Assembly (NCBI GenBank): GCA_964636105.1
Contig: CAZWRD010000004.1
Span: forward strand, 1-52,467
Length of the DNA: 52,467 nt
Direction of reading: 5' to 3'
Source: an uncultured Bacteroides sp.
GTDB taxonomy: Bacteria > Bacteroidota > Bacteroidia > Bacteroidales > JACABE01
Position numbers and translations under genes: made by a program. The notes under the pieces are model-generated. The model did no database searches and had not been told where the DNA came from. It was given only the letters and a program-made list of their open reading frames with translations. Every line of letters starts with the position of its first letter. Positions within the stretch are counted from its first letter, which is position 1. This document shows, piece after piece, positions 50,789 to 52,467 of the stretch.

Positions 50789-52467
50789 ATGGCTAATTTT
50801 TATACAGATAACGAAAACTTAAAATTTCATCTTTCACATCCTTTAATGGATAAAATTGTTAGATTGAAAGAGAAAAATTTTGCTGATAAAGAAAATTATG
50901 ATTTTGCTCCAATAGATTTTGAAGATGCATTGGACAATTACGATAAAGTATTGGAAATCATTGGTGAAATTTCTGGTAATATTATAGCTGAAAATGCAGA
51001 ATCTGTTGACCATGATGGTCCTACATTAGAAAATAATGAAGTTAAATACGCTAAAGGAACTCAACAAAATTTCAAAGTATTACATGAAGCTGGATTAATT
51101 GGAATTTCATTACCTCGCCTATATGGAGGCCTAAACTTTTCAATGGTTCCTTATGTAATGTCTGCAGAAATTGTTGCAAGGGGAGATGCTGGTTTTGCAA
51201 ATATCTGGGGATTACAAGATTGTGCAGAAACTTTACACGAATTTGCTTCTGAAGACGTTAAAAATGAATTTTTACCAAGATTTAATAAAGACGGAGCTAC
51301 TGCTGCAATGGATTTAACAGAACCTGATGCAGGATCTGATTTACAAGCAGTACAGCTAAAAGCAAGTTATGATGAAAAAGCCGGAACATGGCGATTAAAT
51401 GGTGTTAAAAGATTTATTACCAATGGCGATGCAGATGTTTCACTTGTTTTGGCTCGTTCTGAAGAAGGTACTTCTGATGCACGAGGTTTATCATTATTTG
51501 TTTATGATCGCAAAGAAAATGCGATGACAGTTCGTCGTATAGAAAATAAATTGGGTATTAAAGGATCACCAACCTGTGAACTTGTATTTACAAATGCACC
51601 TGCAAAATTAGTTGGTGATCGTAAAATGGGACTTATTAAATATGTAATGTCTTTGATGAATTCAGCACGTTTAGGTGTTGGGGCTCAATCTGTTGGTATT
51701 GCTGAGGCTGCATATCGAGAAGCTTTAAAATATGCCTATGAAAGAGAACAATTCGGCAAAGCTATCATTCAATATCCTGCTGTTTTTGAATTACTTACAA
51801 ATATGAAAGCAAAAACAGATGCGATTCGTACCTTATTATATGAAACTTGCAGATATGTTGATATTTACAAAGCATATAGTTTTATTGCTGAAGATAGAAG
51901 TTTAACACCAGAGGAACGAAATGATTTTAAATTCAATCAAAAAGTTGCTGATGTTTATACACCTTTATTAAAACTTTTCTCAAGCGAATATTGTAATCAA
52001 ATTGCTTACGATTCATTACAGGTTCATGGCGGAACAGGCTTTATGAAAGATTTTCCAATCGAAAGAATCTATAGAGATGCAAGAATTACTACAATTTACG
52101 AAGGAACATCTCAATTACAGGTAGTTGCAGCAATCAGAGGCGTAAGTAATGGTGTTTATCTGAAATCTATGCGTGATTATGCAGAAATTGAAGTAAAACC
52201 TGAATTACAGTATCTTAAAGAAAGTTTGATTAAAATGACTGATCAATTTGCAAAAACTATTGATAAAGTAACTGAGCTTGAGAGTACTGAAATGTTTGAT
52301 TTTCATGCACGTAGATTAGTTGAAATGGCTGGTAACATTATAATTGGATTTTTATTGTTACTTGATGCTAATAGAAGTGATATATATAAAAAATCTGCTG
52401 AAGTTTTCATTCGTTTAGGAAAAACAGAAAATATTCAAAAAGTGAGTTTTATAAATAATTTTGATGC
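50789..52467 (+). CDS. acyl-CoA dehydrogenase (long form), 3'-partial at window edge
   Basis: My own translation from the ATG at 50789 stays open to the end of the window. It shows 'MDLTEPDAGSDL', 'NGVKRFITNG', 'GIKGSPTCEL.F', 'R..IYEGTSQLQ' and 'QVHGGTGFMKDFPIERIYRDARI'. It lies 15 nt after etfA. It is not in the ORF track because no stop is reached. Confidence 0.88.
   Translation, partial: MANFYTDNENLKFHLSHPLMDKIVRLKEKNFADKENYDFAPIDFEDALDNYDKVLEIIGEISGNIIAENAESVDHDGPTLENNEVKYAKGTQQNFKVLHEAGLIGISLPRLYGGLNFSMVPYVMSAEIVARGDAGFANIWGLQDCAETLHEFASEDVKNEFLPRFNKDGATAAMDLTEPDAGSDLQAVQLKASYDEKAGTWRLNGVKRFITNGDADVSLVLARSEEGTSDARGLSLFVYDRKENAMTVRRIENKLGIKGSPTCELVFTNAPAKLVGDRKMGLIKYVMSLMNSARLGVGAQSVGIAEAAYREALKYAYEREQFGKAIIQYPAVFELLTNMKAKTDAIRTLLYETCRYVDIYKAYSFIAEDRSLTPEERNDFKFNQKVADVYTPLLKLFSSEYCNQIAYDSLQVHGGTGFMKDFPIERIYRDARITTIYEGTSQLQVVAAIRGVSNGVYLKSMRDYAEIEVKPELQYLKESLIKMTDQFAKTIDKVTELESTEMFDFHARRLVEMAGNIIIGFLLLLDANRSDIYKKSAEVFIRLGKTENIQKVSFINNFD

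Noticed and set aside
1-52467. Search by eye for tRNA/rRNA genes, transposases, integrases, toxin-antitoxin pairs, restriction-modification or other defence modules
   Set aside because: None recognised. Intergenic regions are A/T-rich without tRNA-like GC-rich cloverleaf segments. The only nuclease-type genes (NUC1-like, Smr-domain) are isolated among housekeeping neighbours, not in island-like contexts. A proper tRNAscan/Infernal and defence-finder scan is still needed to confirm this.

Overview
This is a visibly AT-rich, gene-dense chromosomal segment that reads like a Bacteroidota (Bacteroidetes) genome. The signs are T9SS C-terminal sorting domains, lipoprotein and OMP signal peptides, almost no Shine-Dalgarno sequences, and TAnnTTTG '-7' promoter boxes 15-60 nt upstream of many start codons. 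I can support 40 protein-coding genes. Both window edges cut a gene: a T9SS surface protein at the 5' end and an acyl-CoA dehydrogenase at the 3' end. I also call about ten rho-independent terminators and several palindrome or direct-repeat candidate regulatory sites. Gene content is mostly housekeeping and metabolic: pyrD-pyrK (class 1B DHOD), dapA, ispE, mnmE, trmH, sucD, etfB-etfA-acd, ribosomal protein THX, photolyase, Mpg glycosylase, SOD and FKBP. Signalling genes are a 1677-aa hybrid sensor kinase and a PAS-LytS/LytTR pair. By eye I saw no rRNA, tRNA, CRISPR array, transposase, integrase or recognisable defence gene, so there is no obvious accessory island. The most interesting items are: (1) a tightly packed three-gene minus-strand operon (15948-18983) encoding an uncharacterised 585-aa NMO/FabK-like TIM-barrel protein, a bacterial scramblase/LURP-one-like protein and a HAD enzyme with a DxN catalytic motif; (2) a 580-bp non-coding region (7228-7807) packed with TTACA-WW-TGTAA pseudo-palindromes upstream of an XRE-type regulator, with the same 12-mer forming the stem of a terminator that abuts the start codon of a secreted nuclease gene (41589-41616); (3) a DHOD-like paralog that lacks the catalytic Cys and has the only strong SD in the window; (4) a five-Cys insertion in a PAS domain of the giant kinase. 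All functional calls come from motif recognition by eye. No database search was run.
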